The notes under the pieces are model-generated. The model ran no database searches, was not told where the DNA came from, and worked only from the letters and a program-made list of their open reading frames with translations. A stretch of DNA of 58,902 nucleotides from Octopus bimaculoides (taxonomy: Eukaryota), in assembly GCF_001194135.2 (NCBI RefSeq), contig NC_068988.1:36141366-36200267 (forward strand). The letters are read 5' to 3'. The position numbers and the translations under genes are program-made. This document shows, piece after piece, positions 1 through 12,877 of the stretch (position 1 is the stretch's first letter; each line of letters opens with the position of its first letter).

Positions 1-494
1 ATATATATACGTATATATTATTTGAAGTAGTATATAGATTTTATGGAAAAAGTAGATTGTGGAAATGTTGCATAATTTTCCATTTAGCGGTTGCATGTCG
101 TTTCAGACCTTCCTCATGAATGACTTTATTATAGACAATTTCTTAATATATTTATATCCATAACATTTTATGAGCACCAGTCCTTATTAAAATGATACAT
201 ATCCCCTCACATATATACAATTAAATAAACACATATACATGTTATACCATTCCAAAACAATATTGATCGAGTCTTTCTTCTACAGCTGGATAATATGACG
301 ACTCTCAGCAAAATACAATGATTTCAAGAAATGTGGTATTTTGAACTGTCCTAAATTTCAACCATATCAGAGAAACTTCTCTCTTTCTTTCCTTGCTTCT
401 TGATATCCAGTTTTCCTTGTTACTTACCGTAAACAAACCTTCAAGAATTCACTACACACATACTTACACACACACTCACACACACATAGGTATG

Positions 495-553
<59 letters not shown>

Positions 554-717
554 NNNNNNNNNNGGGGGTAAATTAAATTGGTTTGCAACAGGGAAAAGAA
601 TATTGGATGTTACATACCAAAACTTAACCGAATATTTTATTAACAAATATCCAGATAATGTATGAAGATTTCATTTACAATCGGGTAAAAGGTGAGGACA
701 CCCCTCCTTATATATAT

Positions 718-910
718 TCATTTATATTTTGCTGGATTCAGTCATTAGACTGCAGCCTTGAGGACTGAACCAAGGCTTTGAGGCATTTTTAGTTGAATTA
801 ATCCACTTTAGTACATATTTTGTAGACTGGTACTAGTTGTAACGTGTCTTTTGCTGAACCGCTACGTTACGCGTACGAGGGACGTATACAGGCACGAAAA
901 CATAAATACA
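718..910 (-). mobile_element. Degraded 3' portion of a tRNA-derived SINE (family B-like)
   Basis: cagtcattagactgcagcc and cttttgctgaaccgctacgttac resemble the minus-strand family B copies at 30385-30738 and 53655-54016. Confidence 0.5.
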
Positions 911-942
911 CACGTACATGGATACATACATTCATGTACGTT

Positions 943-976
<34 letters not shown>

Positions 977-1399
977 CAGCTCTTCGAAACGCCAGTGTTA
1001 AAACGGGGGTAGCTGATGAAGGAGAATGTTCTCTATGTGGCTTGTGTATTTTCTTGTCTACGTTTTGTTTGCAATGTCCTGTACCCAGATATGCACCTAT
1101 ACATACAGGTGGATGTCGGTATTCACATACCTGTACGTATATATGCATATACTCATTTACTNNNNNNNNNNNNNNNNNNNNNNNNNNNNNNNNNNNNNNN
1201 NNNNNNNNNNNNNNNNNNNNNNNNNNNNNNNNNNNNNNNNNNNNNNNNNNNNNNNNNNNNNNNNNNNNNNNNNNNNNNNNNNNNNNNNNNNNNNNNNNNN
1301 NNNNNNNNNNNNNNNNNNNNNNNNNNNNNNNNNNNNNNNNNNNNNNNNNNNNNNNNNNNATATATATAGGATCATCCCATTAATAATGCGTTCTTTTTA

Positions 1400-2030
1400 T
1401 ACTTTTTTATTTGGAAAATTTAGGAAGAACAACGTTGTTTTTAATCTAAGTGCCGTCCTTTTCTACAATGATCTTCCATCTATATGGAAGACTAGCAAGA
1501 CTCCTCTTCCAAAATTCACTTTTCCGTGAGGAAAAATACTCCTCCAGTACTGTTCTGACCTCGTAACTGATAATCCGCTGGGAGTAAATGATAATCAGAT
1601 GGGGCAATGTTCAGCGAATATAGTGGGTGGGGCATTGTTTCCCTTTCAAACTGCACTAGCCTTTGGAACAGCATCGTTGCTGAATGTGGCCTAGCGTTAT
1701 CCTGACGGAAGAACACCTTTCGTCTTGAAACGAAAGATGGTCCTTTTTTCTTCTAGCGCTGACTTAAACAGCTCAAGCTTCTTGTAGTTGATCTACTTTG
1801 TTATCGTTTGGCTTGGATTTAAAAGTACAAAGAAGACTAAGCTTTTTATATCCCACCAAACACATAACAGAACCTTATGTGGGTGAAGACCTTTTTTACC
1901 GAGGAGCTGGTGTTTTTCTTTTCCCTTCTCACTATCTTCGATGCTTGACATTTTTATAGGGACCTTCTGGGCCTGTCTTCCGTCCATATGTACATTCAAT
2001 ATATGCTAAATATTTTTTGCCTGTCGTCTG
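1400..2030 (-). mobile_element. Mariner (DD34D) transposase pseudogene, catalytic/C-terminal part
   Basis: Minus frames give KVLLCVWWD, QDNARPH, PHPLYSLNIAPSDYHLL (YSPDLAPSDY motif) and C-terminal LPYRWKIIVEKDG; frameshifted. Confidence 0.9.
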
Positions 2031-2088
2031 TTTATTTATAATAGATGTTTGCATTTTTTTAAGTAACGTAATGCAACGCACTCTGGCT

Positions 2089-2305
2089 TTCATTCTTTTC
2101 TACTCTAGGCACAAGGCCCGACATTTTGGGGGACGGAGCCAGTCGAGTAGATCGACTCCAGTACGCAAATGAAACTTAATTTATCAAATCCGAAACGATG
2201 AAAGGCAAAGTCAACCTCGGCGGAATTTGAACTCAGAACGTATAGACAGACGAAATACCGCTAAGCATTTCGCCCGGTGTGCTAACATTTCTGCCAGCTC
2301 ACCAC
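2089..2305 (-). mobile_element. tRNA-derived SINE, family A
   Basis: Minus strand has an A-box-like head (tggcagaaatgttagc), B box gagttcaaattc and body ccgccgaggttgactttgcctttcatc shared with 48313, 55078 and 55671. Confidence 0.85.
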
Positions 2306-2639
2306 TTTACCCTGGCTTCTATTAACAGTAAGTGTTTATATATATATATATATATATNNNNNNNNNNNNNNNNNNNNNNNNNNNNNNNNNNNNNNNNNNN
2401 NNNNNNNNNNNNNNNNNNNNNNNNNNNNNNNNNNNNNNNNNNNNNNNNNNNNNNNNNNNNNNNNNNNNNNNNNNNNNNNNNNNNNNNNNNNNNNNNNNNN
2501 NNNNNNNNNNNNNNNNNNNNNNNNNNNNNNNNNNNNTATATATATATAATTATATATATAATTGCTTAGATGAAGATTATGGTATTATCTATATTTCAAA
2601 GAATTAGCATTAGTAAAAATCTTATTTCAGTAAAATTGT

Positions 2640-2860
2640 GTCTCTAAACTTATTACATAAATGTGCTTGACCCTTGCCGCAAAACTTCCAGTACTAAAAT
2701 TGTTGAAAAGTGTCTCAGATCCCACTAATCACATATTTACGCATTCTTCATTATACAAGTTTTCTGTAATGTGTTACGTAATGCAACGCACTGTGATACT
2801 GAAGTAGTGTGCATTAATGTTAAACTTCTGCCATATTTTTATCTTCATATTCATCCTTGC
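2640..2860 (-). mobile_element. Possible second mariner 5' fragment
   Basis: Shares 17 bp acgtaatgcaacgcact (2776-2792) with 2066-2082 at the 5' side of the first mariner; minus frames give LYNEECV and FNNFSTGSF, weakly like the mariner HTH region. Confidence 0.35.
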
Positions 2861-3369
2861 TTTAATTGTTACTCAACAAAAATGCATACGAGTACTTTCG
2901 TACAGTGATAGGTATTTGAATTTCTATTACTAATGTACTATATTAAATATTATTTACTCTACAGTTAACCAAGGAGTACTAAATAAAGTATATTCCAAGA
3001 TTTTACTAAATCCCAACTCGCATTCAACAATATTTGTATTTTTAGAAATTAAGAAAATTTCGAATGCAGGAGAATAGTTGTGAAAATACCTTTAGAAAAT
3101 CAATTAAACTATGCCTATAAACGCAAAAATACAGTCAGCATCTTTCTAGAGAATCGACCTCTGTGCCTGTGAGACTATTTCCATAGTTATTTTGTGTGTT
3201 CTAGACTTTTTCATTTCGAAATATGTCACTCACTCAACGCGTTATTATTTGTTTATAAAAATATATGTATATGAATAAGTGTTTATAAAGATGAATAGAT
3301 AAATAGATTAAATAGATTAAAAGGATAGGCACTTACACAAGAGATTTCCTTTTTTTTTTCTTCCCGCAG

Positions 3370-3519
3370 GGATATGGCCGAGCAAAAATAATCAAAGAAG
3401 TCAGAGGGCGAGCATGCATGCATCTATTCGCGTGTTTGACTGGAAATGTTTTGACATATATAGATACCATACTAGTAGCATATTTATATATTTGCTCACT
3501 TTATTTTATGGATGCTTAA
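3370..3519 (+). other. Candidate exon (unverified)
   Basis: Long polypyrimidine tract plus cag at 3367-3369; frame GYGRAKIIKEVRGRACMHL... is open to a stop at 3517-3519; no recognisable homology. Confidence 0.2.
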
Positions 3520-4502
3520 TCATCAATAACATGAAATAACAGCCTCACGAGCTCACATAGAGCTAAGCTGATCAGAAGATGAACAGCAACAGAGATACTG
3601 TGTCAATAGCGTATTTAAACTGTAGGCTTTTATCAATTTGAGGGGAAATTCAGCAACGGTTTACGATCACGGATTCATGCTATTTGCAGTTAAAACCTTT
3701 GGGCAGACACTGAATCGACAGTAATCATTGATCACGGCTCTTCTATTTGTAGTTTTTTTTTTCCAACTCAGAAATAGGTTTCATTTAAATTTCATCTGTG
3801 TGAGAACGAAGTATTTTATGATACTTTCCGATTATCGGATATGTCACCATAACACTTTGCTCCTTTCCGCTTTCGTGTTTGAATTTTTGTAAACTTCCAG
3901 TCATATTAACTCTGCATATGCGGCTCCCATACAATCCTTTCTTTATCTTTTTGCTTTTAGTTATTTATTATCTTCTTTATTCTTCTTCTATCTACGGTTA
4001 TATTTCTCATATTCATACATTTTACGAGTTGCATCACATTATTCACTTTCTAATATTTTTTACACAATTCTTATAGATATTTTGTATTTCAGCATAATCC
4101 TGTTCGTCATATTTTTGAGCAAATATATAAAATCTTAATACTCTACATCTAAGTTGTATTTTAGAAGAAATAGAGCGTTGATTCACGTTGAGGAAACGGG
4201 AACATTTTAATGTATAGCCGAAAGTCATGCTTTTCGCACGATGTCACTTTTTCACATTCAAAAGTATTTGTGCACGAACCCATGCACACACACACACACA
4301 CACACACAGAGGTACACACACACACACACATACATATGTGTGTGTGTGTGTGTGCATGCGCGTGCGCGCGTGTAGATATATATATATATATATATATATA
4401 CGTGGGTATGTGTATGTGTATGTGCCTGTGTGTGAGTGTGTGTATATGTACAGATATCTATATCTATCTATAACTATCTACCTATCTATATATCAATATT
4501 TC

Positions 4503-4775
4503 TCTCTCTGATTAATAAGTATCAGGTCTGTTGCCATATTGACAAAGCTGACGTTCGCTGAGTGAACCACAGTTTGCCCTTCAATGCTGCTGCACATACG
4601 CATTAAATGTTAGCGTTCTAGCACATTTCTACTGTTTACAGCAGTGCTTGGAAGAAACGTGTGGAGTGTGTGATCGTCACATTGACCCTGAGAGGAAACG
4701 TTGAGCAGAGAATCTGCATCAAATTTTGCCAAAAGCTTGGTGATACCTGCTCAGAGGTCTACGCAATGTCTTCAA
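4503..4775 (+). mobile_element. Mariner 5' end (TIR, 5' UTR, transposase start)
   Basis: aataagtatcaggtctgttgccata is identical at 4514-4538 and 37561-37585; encodes EQRICIKFCQKLGDTCSEVYAM (mariner N-terminus). Confidence 0.8.
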
Positions 4776-5374
4776 AAAGTGTTCATCCTTCTCAACACAA
4801 TCAAGATTTTGTGCTACTGAAACCCGATTGATTTTGCTGAAAGCGATTTTGGCACAAACTTGGCAGACACGCGTCTTATGCCCAAATTTTCAGTGAGAAT
4901 TGACTGGACTGAACCGTAACTAATCTGCACATCCTTTGATAACTCACGAATGGTGACTCAACGATTTCCCCTCATAGCTGCAGGCACATCTGCGATGCTT
5001 TTCTCAGTTCTGCTTGTTTCGGGTCTCCCAGAACGTTCATCAATATCGACCTGTTTTCTGCCATCCTGGAAATGTTTGAACTACTCGTATACTTGTGTGC
5101 GACTCATACACTCCTCTCCATACGTTTTCTGCAACTTTGCGTTGTCCTCTGAGCAGCTCTCGCCATAACAGCTTCCTCTGTCATGGTGAATGCGACGATT
5201 ACACATTACACACCATTCTTTCATGTTCTGCTGTAAACAAAATAAGTGAGCTACACCGTTAAAACTTAATGCAGATGCACAGCAGATTTCAATCTGTGCC
5301 GAGCAACTTTATTCTGCCTTCTTTAGCTTTGTTACTATGGCAACAGTCCTGATATATTTTGATCAGACCTTGTG
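4770..5374 (-). mobile_element. Mariner 5' half in opposite orientation
   Basis: TIR atcaggactgttgccatag on minus; frames give YGEECMSRTQVYE, DERSGRP, VTIREL, RRVSAKFVPK and end at EHFLK. Confidence 0.85.
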
Positions 5375-5380
5375 TATATG

Positions 5381-5413
<33 letters not shown>

Positions 5414-6194
5414 NNNNNNNNNNNNNNNNNNNNNNNNNNNNNNNNNNNNNNNNNNNNNNNNNNNNNNNNNNNNNNNNNNNNNNNNNNNNNNNNNNNNNNN
5501 NNNNNNNNNNNNNNNNNNNNNNNNNNNNNNNNTGATAATAATATTAGGGATAAAAATCCAAATTTACAGGTCAAAATTCAATTTAATTTAATTTATCAAA
5601 ATTAAAATTAATTTCAATTTCAGAATATATAATATATTAATATATAATTTATAGGAAAAACCCACAATTCTTCAATTCATCCATGAAAATCCAAAAATTA
5701 ATATAAACACCAGTTTGCAATGTATCACAAGAAAGGAGGATTACAATTGTCACTAAATGTGACAACAGTATTAGAAAGACTTGCATTGCTAGAAACGAGA
5801 CCTAAAATACTCTTATTTGTTGTTTTTCTAATCTTTTAGGATTCCCTCTAAGAGTAACATACCATTCGTGTCTTTTTGGCCCTGAGGCTATATTTTGCTT
5901 GTTTCTTATTTATTTCCTCTTTGTCCTTCGTTCATCGTCTTCAATTACTTTTCTTCACTTTTGTATGTCCACTTCTGTATCGCTTGTTATCCATGTATTG
6001 ATTAATATTGGTTCTATATTCTCCGCAAACTTTCGCAGGCACCGCCAGCATGGTGGACCTCTGAGAAAGAGTAATACGATCTGCTTGAAAACTGACGAAC
6101 AAATAGAAGCATCTTGCGTCTGTTTGTGCTTTCAATATACGTTTTTGTTTTTTTTTTACCTGTTATTTGTTTATCTACAATACACTTTTCCATT

Positions 6195-6250
<56 letters not shown>

Positions 6251-6252
6251 CA

Positions 6253-6590
6253 CAGACGCAGGCGTGGCTGTGTGATAGGAAGCTTGCTTCCCAAAAACAT
6301 GGCTCCAGGTCCAGTCTCACTGCGTGGCACCTAACTAGAGGCAAACTGGAAGAAGGCCATCGTATATATATGTATATATTTGTTTGTGTGTGTCTGTGAT
6401 TGTCACCCCGCCATCGCTTAACATCCGATGCTGGAGAGTTTATGTCCCCGTAATCTAGCGTTTCCGCAAAACAGACCCATAGAATAAGTACTAGGCTTAC
6501 AAAGAGTGAGTCCTGGGATCGATTTCTTTAAGGTGGTACTCTAGCATAGCCGCGGTCAAACAACTGAAACAAGTAAAATAATAAACGAAT
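6253..6590 (+). mobile_element. tRNA-derived SINE, family B (internally deleted)
   Basis: Head gcaggcgtggctgtgtg..gaagcttgcttccc, body catagaataagtactaggcttacaaagag and tail aactgaaacaagtaaaa match the other family B copies. Confidence 0.85.
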
Positions 6591-7300
6591 ATATGTACTA
6601 TCATGTCTGTGTTGTAAAAAATTGCTCACAATTTTATTGGCAATAGATACTGGCGCATCACAACTGTGAGAGAAACCTTTGATAAATGTTAGTAATCACG
6701 TTGATATACATGCATAGAATTGAAAAACTTAAGCAATCAGATATATTGTTGAAAATTTTATTCTCCACGAAATACAATATAACATACACACAGGCACACA
6801 CATATCAATTTAATAAAGTTAAAACATGTTATGGTTTGTACATTTTTTTATTATGGCATTTTAACATTAAAAATATTTTGTAATGCTCATATATATTGTT
6901 TTAATGTTAAAATACCATAATAAAAAATATGAAACACAGACAATGTTTTAATTTTAGTCACCTGAGGTACTATTCTAGATACATTCACACAGAGTCAAAA
7001 CAATATCTATTTATATGTATNNNNNNNNNNNNNNNNNNNNNNNNNNNNNNNNNNNNNNNNNNNNNNNNNNNNNNNNNNNNNNNNNNNNNNNNNNNNNNNN
7101 NNNNNNNNNNNNNNNNNNNNNNNNNNNNNNNNNNNNNNNNNNNNNNNNNNNNNNNNNNNNNNNNNNNNNNNNNNNNNNNNNNNNNNNNNNNNNNNNNNNN
7201 NNNNNNNNNNNNNNNNNNNNNNNNNNNNNNNNNNNNNNNNNNNNNNNNNNNNNNNNNNNNNNNNNNNNNNNNNNNNNNNNNNNNNNNNNNNNNNNNNNNN

Positions 7301-7345
<45 letters not shown>

Positions 7346-7756
7346 GAAAATGGAACTATTTCGTATTTTCAGAATATTTTTCTTACACTGTGTCATGCTG
7401 TTTCTCTCGATTTTCTTTCGTATAAACATAAAGTTCAATGTTAGTGTTATAGTTTAAGGAGATTCAGCTTCATATATAATATAGCAAGTTATTTCTGTAC
7501 ACTGTTTAATATTATATATGTTTATAAAAATAAATATTCAGTAAGAACAAATATTTACATACATTCGTGTATGCTCATGAGTGACCTTACATGCGTGTGT
7601 TTCTTCTGTGTGTGTAATTGCGGACGTATTTTAAATTTATATATGCATTAATAAGTGAGTAATTAAGTTGAATATTGTAAAATACACGAGTAGATAAAAC
7701 TTGTCAGCTCATCATTTATGGATATACAATGCTTCATCTTTGTGATACAATTTCAG

Positions 7757-7870
7757 AGTTTTAATCGCCCGAATGAATAACAATAAAATAACGCCAACAT
7801 ATCATAATCTGCTCTCAACCGACCGACTTTCAGCTAACGTTACATTCCCATCTCCACATAGAAGAATATG
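7757..7870 (+). other. Candidate 114-nt internal exon (unverified)
   Basis: tttcag acceptor at 7751-7756 and gtaaac donor at 7871; one open frame (VLIARMNNNKITPTYHNLLSTDRLSANVTFPSPHRRI); no homology recognised. Confidence 0.2.
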
Positions 7871-8937
7871 GTAAACCCACTCTTTTCAGCGACTTTCATG
7901 ATCTTTTTTACGACAAAGAGTTATTATTTTTTGGTTTTAAATGCAATAATATTAGAAGCGAATAATATACGAACGACCGGAAAACCAATGAGAAGCAAAT
8001 AAGTTATCCAGTAATAAATAAATAATTGGAAAGAAGGTGATTTTAATAAATACACATTCACATCCGATATGATAGAGCAATAAGGAATACTATTTGTGAA
8101 ACAAATACTAACATTTCCGCTTTTTTAACAAATGAGGAAACATGAAAATAAAATAAAAAACCACTGAGAGAGCCAGTAATGTTTGAGTGATATACTACAG
8201 AGGAATGATAATGCAAAAGTTATAAATTAATTATGCTTCAGCGATATTTGCATATAATCATTTATATGAAAATATAATAAATGATATCCTATGCAGTGAT
8301 AATAGTTTTAGTTGTACTTGTTTTTTTTTTGTTTCTTTTTTATTAATCGTGTCAGTTGTTGTTTCTATTTGAAATATATGAAATGGCAAAAGAGCAGGAA
8401 ATGTTAGCCGAATTACGAAAAAAGTTCTTGCACATTAATTAATCAATGAAAACATTTTATACGTGTCATTGAAGCGCAAAAAAGATAATAAACGTTAAAA
8501 AAATAACTAAAAAGTATTAAAGGAATAACTAAATATGTAAGATTAAATTAATAATATTTGTGTTCGCCAATTTCACAGCGGCTGAATCTAAAATCAGGAA
8601 AATGTCGTTGGACCCAGAGGAAAAGGGGAGAAAACAAAAAAAAAATTAATAATAATAATAATAGAAAGGTTAAAAATGAATTAAGAAGTTATAGCGATAA
8701 ATTCTTGATGAATCTGATTGATGACCTAAAATTCTTGACATAGGATTTTTCAAATAACTAGTTCTGCAACGATAGCTGTGATTAATTTCTTCTTCTGGCT
8801 TCTTTAAACCATTTATTGGAAATTATTTTCCCCCAAACGTTCAGCGTTCACTTGGACCGATACATATAGAACGACTCACACAGATATACAAAAGCGTAAA
8901 AATACGTGAAAGTTCATGTACATACAGATGTGTTCCT

Positions 8938-8985
<48 letters not shown>

Positions 8986-9699
8986 TATTGCTGCTTTCTA
9001 CGTTATTAGAATCAAACAGTTTTGCACTATATATATATATATGTATATTTACATAGAAGTACACATACCCATATGTGACCTGTGCAGGTATGAACGTGTA
9101 TATGCGCGTATGAATATATGTATATATGTGTGTGTGCGTGTATATACATATATAAGTGTTTATATGTATATATTCGTAGGCACTCACACGCGTATATATT
9201 ATTCAAATTAGACAACTACTGCGTTTCAAACAAAATAACACAGTTTGTTTATTGATTATAGGAAGAATAATAGCGTATATGTGAGGTGAGCGTGTCCTTC
9301 ATGCTTGAGACACATTGAAATATATTGAATAAGCAATTTACTTTAGCGTTATTTGAGCACATAACGTAGATGCATCTATTAAAATGATATAGTTTAATAT
9401 CGATGCCAATTAATATTTGAATAAACGCAGATATATACACACGTGAGATTCTTATTATCATACACAATCATTCAAATGCATTCATAAAAACATAGACCTG
9501 GTATGCACTCTTACATGCGCATTCGTCTTATGGAAATATCACGCACGTATATACTCAACTACTATGTACACTTTTCAGACACTGATCTATATATAGAAAT
9601 CACTATTTCTAATGTTCTCACATATGTTACGTATTAAGAATGACAGAAAAAAGAGAATATAGAAAAATATAAGTATAATGTTGATTGAAGATATCTGAA

Positions 9700-10230
9700 A
9701 CCACAGCCACCAAACAAGCAAAACGAACCCAATAGACAAGAGCGATGGATCCAGAAGCCTCTGCATGGACAACATATACTTCGAAGTTTAAATGGTGATG
9801 TAGACCAAGAAACAACACATTAGTGGCAGCAAAGTTCAGGATTGAAAGCAGAGACTGAAGCTTTCATATTGGCGGAACAAGATCAAGGCTTGCTTACAAA
9901 AACTACCAGGCTAACATTCTTTAAAATGGTTCTGACAATCAATACAGATTCTGTTACACGTTTGACGAAACAATAGACCATCTCGACTCGGGATGTCCTG
10001 TGCTGACAATAAACGAACAAAAAATTGTCACGATGGGATAGGAAAGTATGTACAGTGCGAAATATGTAAACACTACAAAATCAGCACTCATGCTGGCTGG
10101 TATGGACATCATCCTGTGCCAGTCGTTGAAGATAAAATGTCTCGATCCATTATGATTTTCCAGTCAACACCGTAGAACGAACCAGGTTAATCGACTAGAC
10201 ATAGTCACTAAAAACAGGGAAGGGAATATT
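9700..10230 (+). mobile_element. R4/Dong-like non-LTR retrotransposon fragment (post-RT, zinc knuckle, start of RLE)
   Basis: Frameshifted translation WIQKPLHGQ..SGLKAETEAFILAEQDQ..YRFC..DETIDHLDSGCPVL..CHD..WYGHHPVPVVE..DIV. Confidence 0.85.
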
Positions 10231-11971
10231 TGTATATAAAATCTGGAAAAAGATAACCTAAATAAAGATTTGAATACAGCAATTAACCCTAATAAACTAA
10301 CCAACATACGGAGATATATTCTCAAAAACAAAGCAATACAAAAAGAAAGGAATATCAGAAATAGAAATAGAACACTATAAAGGAAAATGCATCAGGAAAA
10401 TGTAGATAGTAACCACACAGCAATGCCAAATAATATCATAAACACTGGGACTGTAAAACACGAAGACAGACGTAACGTGTCCAACCAAATCGAAGTAAAC
10501 AACGAAAGACAACAAATCTAGACCGTAGGAATGTATAATGATGAGAAAAATGGTGGTTCTGGGAAGCTACTGGAGACGATGGTCAATCTCTGTCTGGAGA
10601 GGGTTAGTGGTCGAACGCCATATGCATGGAGGGCAAGATCGGTTCCTTACCTTACCTTCAAAAAGTGTCAGAAGTGGTTGTCGGAGAATTAACCCCGGTT
10701 TCTCGCCTTATAATTACCTTAATTATACTTGTATCAATTACTGTGTTGGGCGCGCTTGAGAATGACATCAAAAAATCTACCTGAACACTAAGGTTGTGAT
10801 TAAAATCAAGGCGCTGATCTCCCCAGTGACAGGGCGACGAAGGAATAAGTCTGGTTTTGGAGCCATCTTGAGGCCGTGGTCGAAGCTGAAGGTGACTATT
10901 TCCAGTAATCTGTTGTCTTCCAACCATAATCTGGTTGGTAGTTTGGGGTTTTTTAATGCTTTTATTTTGGGATAGGATATTGTATTCCTTTTATACAGTC
11001 AAGTTTAGCCAGAAAACCCTGTAGATATTCAAGGACATGTATGTTTCAACAAGTATGAGACTCATAAAATTCAAACTGCTCCAAACCTTAAAATGTTCCA
11101 AATCTTAAAATAATTCGAACCAACTCAGACGTATGCATTCATATAACACACAGATAAAAGGAAATCACGATCGTAAGAACTAATGAAAAAGTCGCAAACA
11201 CACATATACAAACATGTGTGCGTGTATGTCTGTGCGTGATTGCTTGCATATAAATGTGCGTGTGTGTGTGTGTGTGTGTGCGCGCGCGTATATATGTGTG
11301 TTTATGGGATCATTTAGTATGTGACAGTGTCTGACACCAGTTGATAACAAAATAACTGAAGGCAAAACCAAATCCTATTGTGTGTAATATTTATCGTATG
11401 TAAGTGAAATGAAAAACACTCGTTTATTATTAAGAATATATTATATATTTACAACAAATATTAAATAAGCGTATTAATATATAATGAGAGAATCTGTTTA
11501 CATTTTCTATGCTATGCTTCATCTTTGCTTTTAACAGAGATTGTAAATATTTGCACTTTATATACATATTTCGTTTCTATTCTCTGCATATAAAACTTGT
11601 CCAATCCCATCTTACCAGGGCGAGAGAAAAAAAACTGCAGTCACACTACGAAAATATTTCTATCTCAGATTTAGAATTACAGATGTCTGAACAACAACAT
11701 TTTACAGTCTCTGGAAAGGTGATATTGAATTATTCCTTTTTCAGCCATAAAAATACTAAAACTACTAAACACAATAATTGGTCAGATTAACTCAAAGATG
11801 GAAAAGGTATAGAGAGTTCTGCTTTACAATCTACCTGCATAAAATCTACTACCTCCATACAATATACTTATTATCTATCCAAACAGATTGCTAGTAAACA
11901 TATATTCATAAATATTTACCGCTAGACCATTAGACACATTGATATATAACCTCTTACAAACACACATATGC

Positions 11972-12017
<46 letters not shown>

Positions 12018-12122
12018 GAGAGAGAGTGTGTGTGTTAAATAAAATTATTCAAGGCCAAGGTAATGTGATATTTCTGGGACACTTATAAAGAGAAAGGTGA
12101 TCTTACAGCTGTTTCAGGGAAG

Positions 12123-12170
12123 GTCTTACAGCTGTTTCAGGGAGATAAATGATATTCTATCAGCAGAGAC
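12123..12170 (-). ncRNA. Type I hammerhead ribozyme motif, core A6C
   Basis: Minus: GUCU CUGCUGA U..U GAAAC AGCU GUA AGAC; stem I GUCU/AGAC, palindromic stem III ACAGCUGU; 3' half duplicated at 12101-12120. Confidence 0.75.
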
Positions 12171-12552
12171 GAGTTAAGAGAGTTCAATAAAAGGAATTGG
12201 TAGAGTCCCTTATATAAGAGGTTATTTTGGAAAGGGAGAGATACAGAAAGTAAAAAGGGAAATATGAAAATACAAAATAAACTTCCTTTATAATTTTTGT
12301 ATTTTTATTTTTGTATTTTTATTCTTGTATTTCCTTTTATACTTTCGGCGTTAACCTCTTTATCCCTTCTATAAAACACATTTCTTGGATAAAGGAACAG
12401 TAACTTTAATATGCAACATGTATTTTACTTTCATATTTTCTTTTCCTTTTATGCTTTCTGCATATCTAATTTCTTGTATATCTCTTTCTTTCCAAAATAA
12501 CTTCTTATATAATGAACTGTATTAATTCCTTCTACTCAAACTCTCTTAACTC

Positions 12553-12600
12553 GTCTTTGATGATGGGATATCACTTATTTCCCTGAAACAGCTGTAGGAC
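12553..12600 (+). ncRNA. Type I hammerhead ribozyme motif, core C3U
   Basis: GUCU UUGAUGA U GGGA..UCCC U GAAAC AGCU GUA GGAC. Confidence 0.75.
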
Positions 12601-12877
12601 CACCTTTCTCTTTATAAATGTCCTAGAAAAATAACTTTGACTTGGCTTTGTTAGCTCATTTTATGTAACATATACACGATCACATACGACCCGTATTAGA
12701 CTCTTCACTCATACTATCATTGAACCGGGAGTTTAACAGCGGTCGTTCCGTAGTACTTACATTGTCTTACCTGCCGTTTAGGTCTTCTGGATATCAAAAG
12801 CTCATATTATATATATATATACATACATAATACATGCATATATATGTGCATGCGTATAAAAAAATTCTCTTCATAGA

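Larger units (their letters stand above)
12051..12649. mobile_element. Foldback of two inverted PLE pseudo-LTR copies
   Basis: Arms ~12051-12275 and ~12425-12649 are reverse complements (e.g. ataaagagaaaggtg / cacctttctctttat); the right part matches 23400-23645, which lies downstream of a PLE endonuclease. Confidence 0.85.

Noticed and set aside
90-125. Minus-strand ATGAGGA..GAAACGAC hammerhead-like words
   Set aside because: Stem II too short, U16.1 absent, stem I out of register
975-1040. ttcgaaac..ctgatgaagg as a type II hammerhead
   Set aside because: No NUH (GUG), no stem I hairpin, weak stem II
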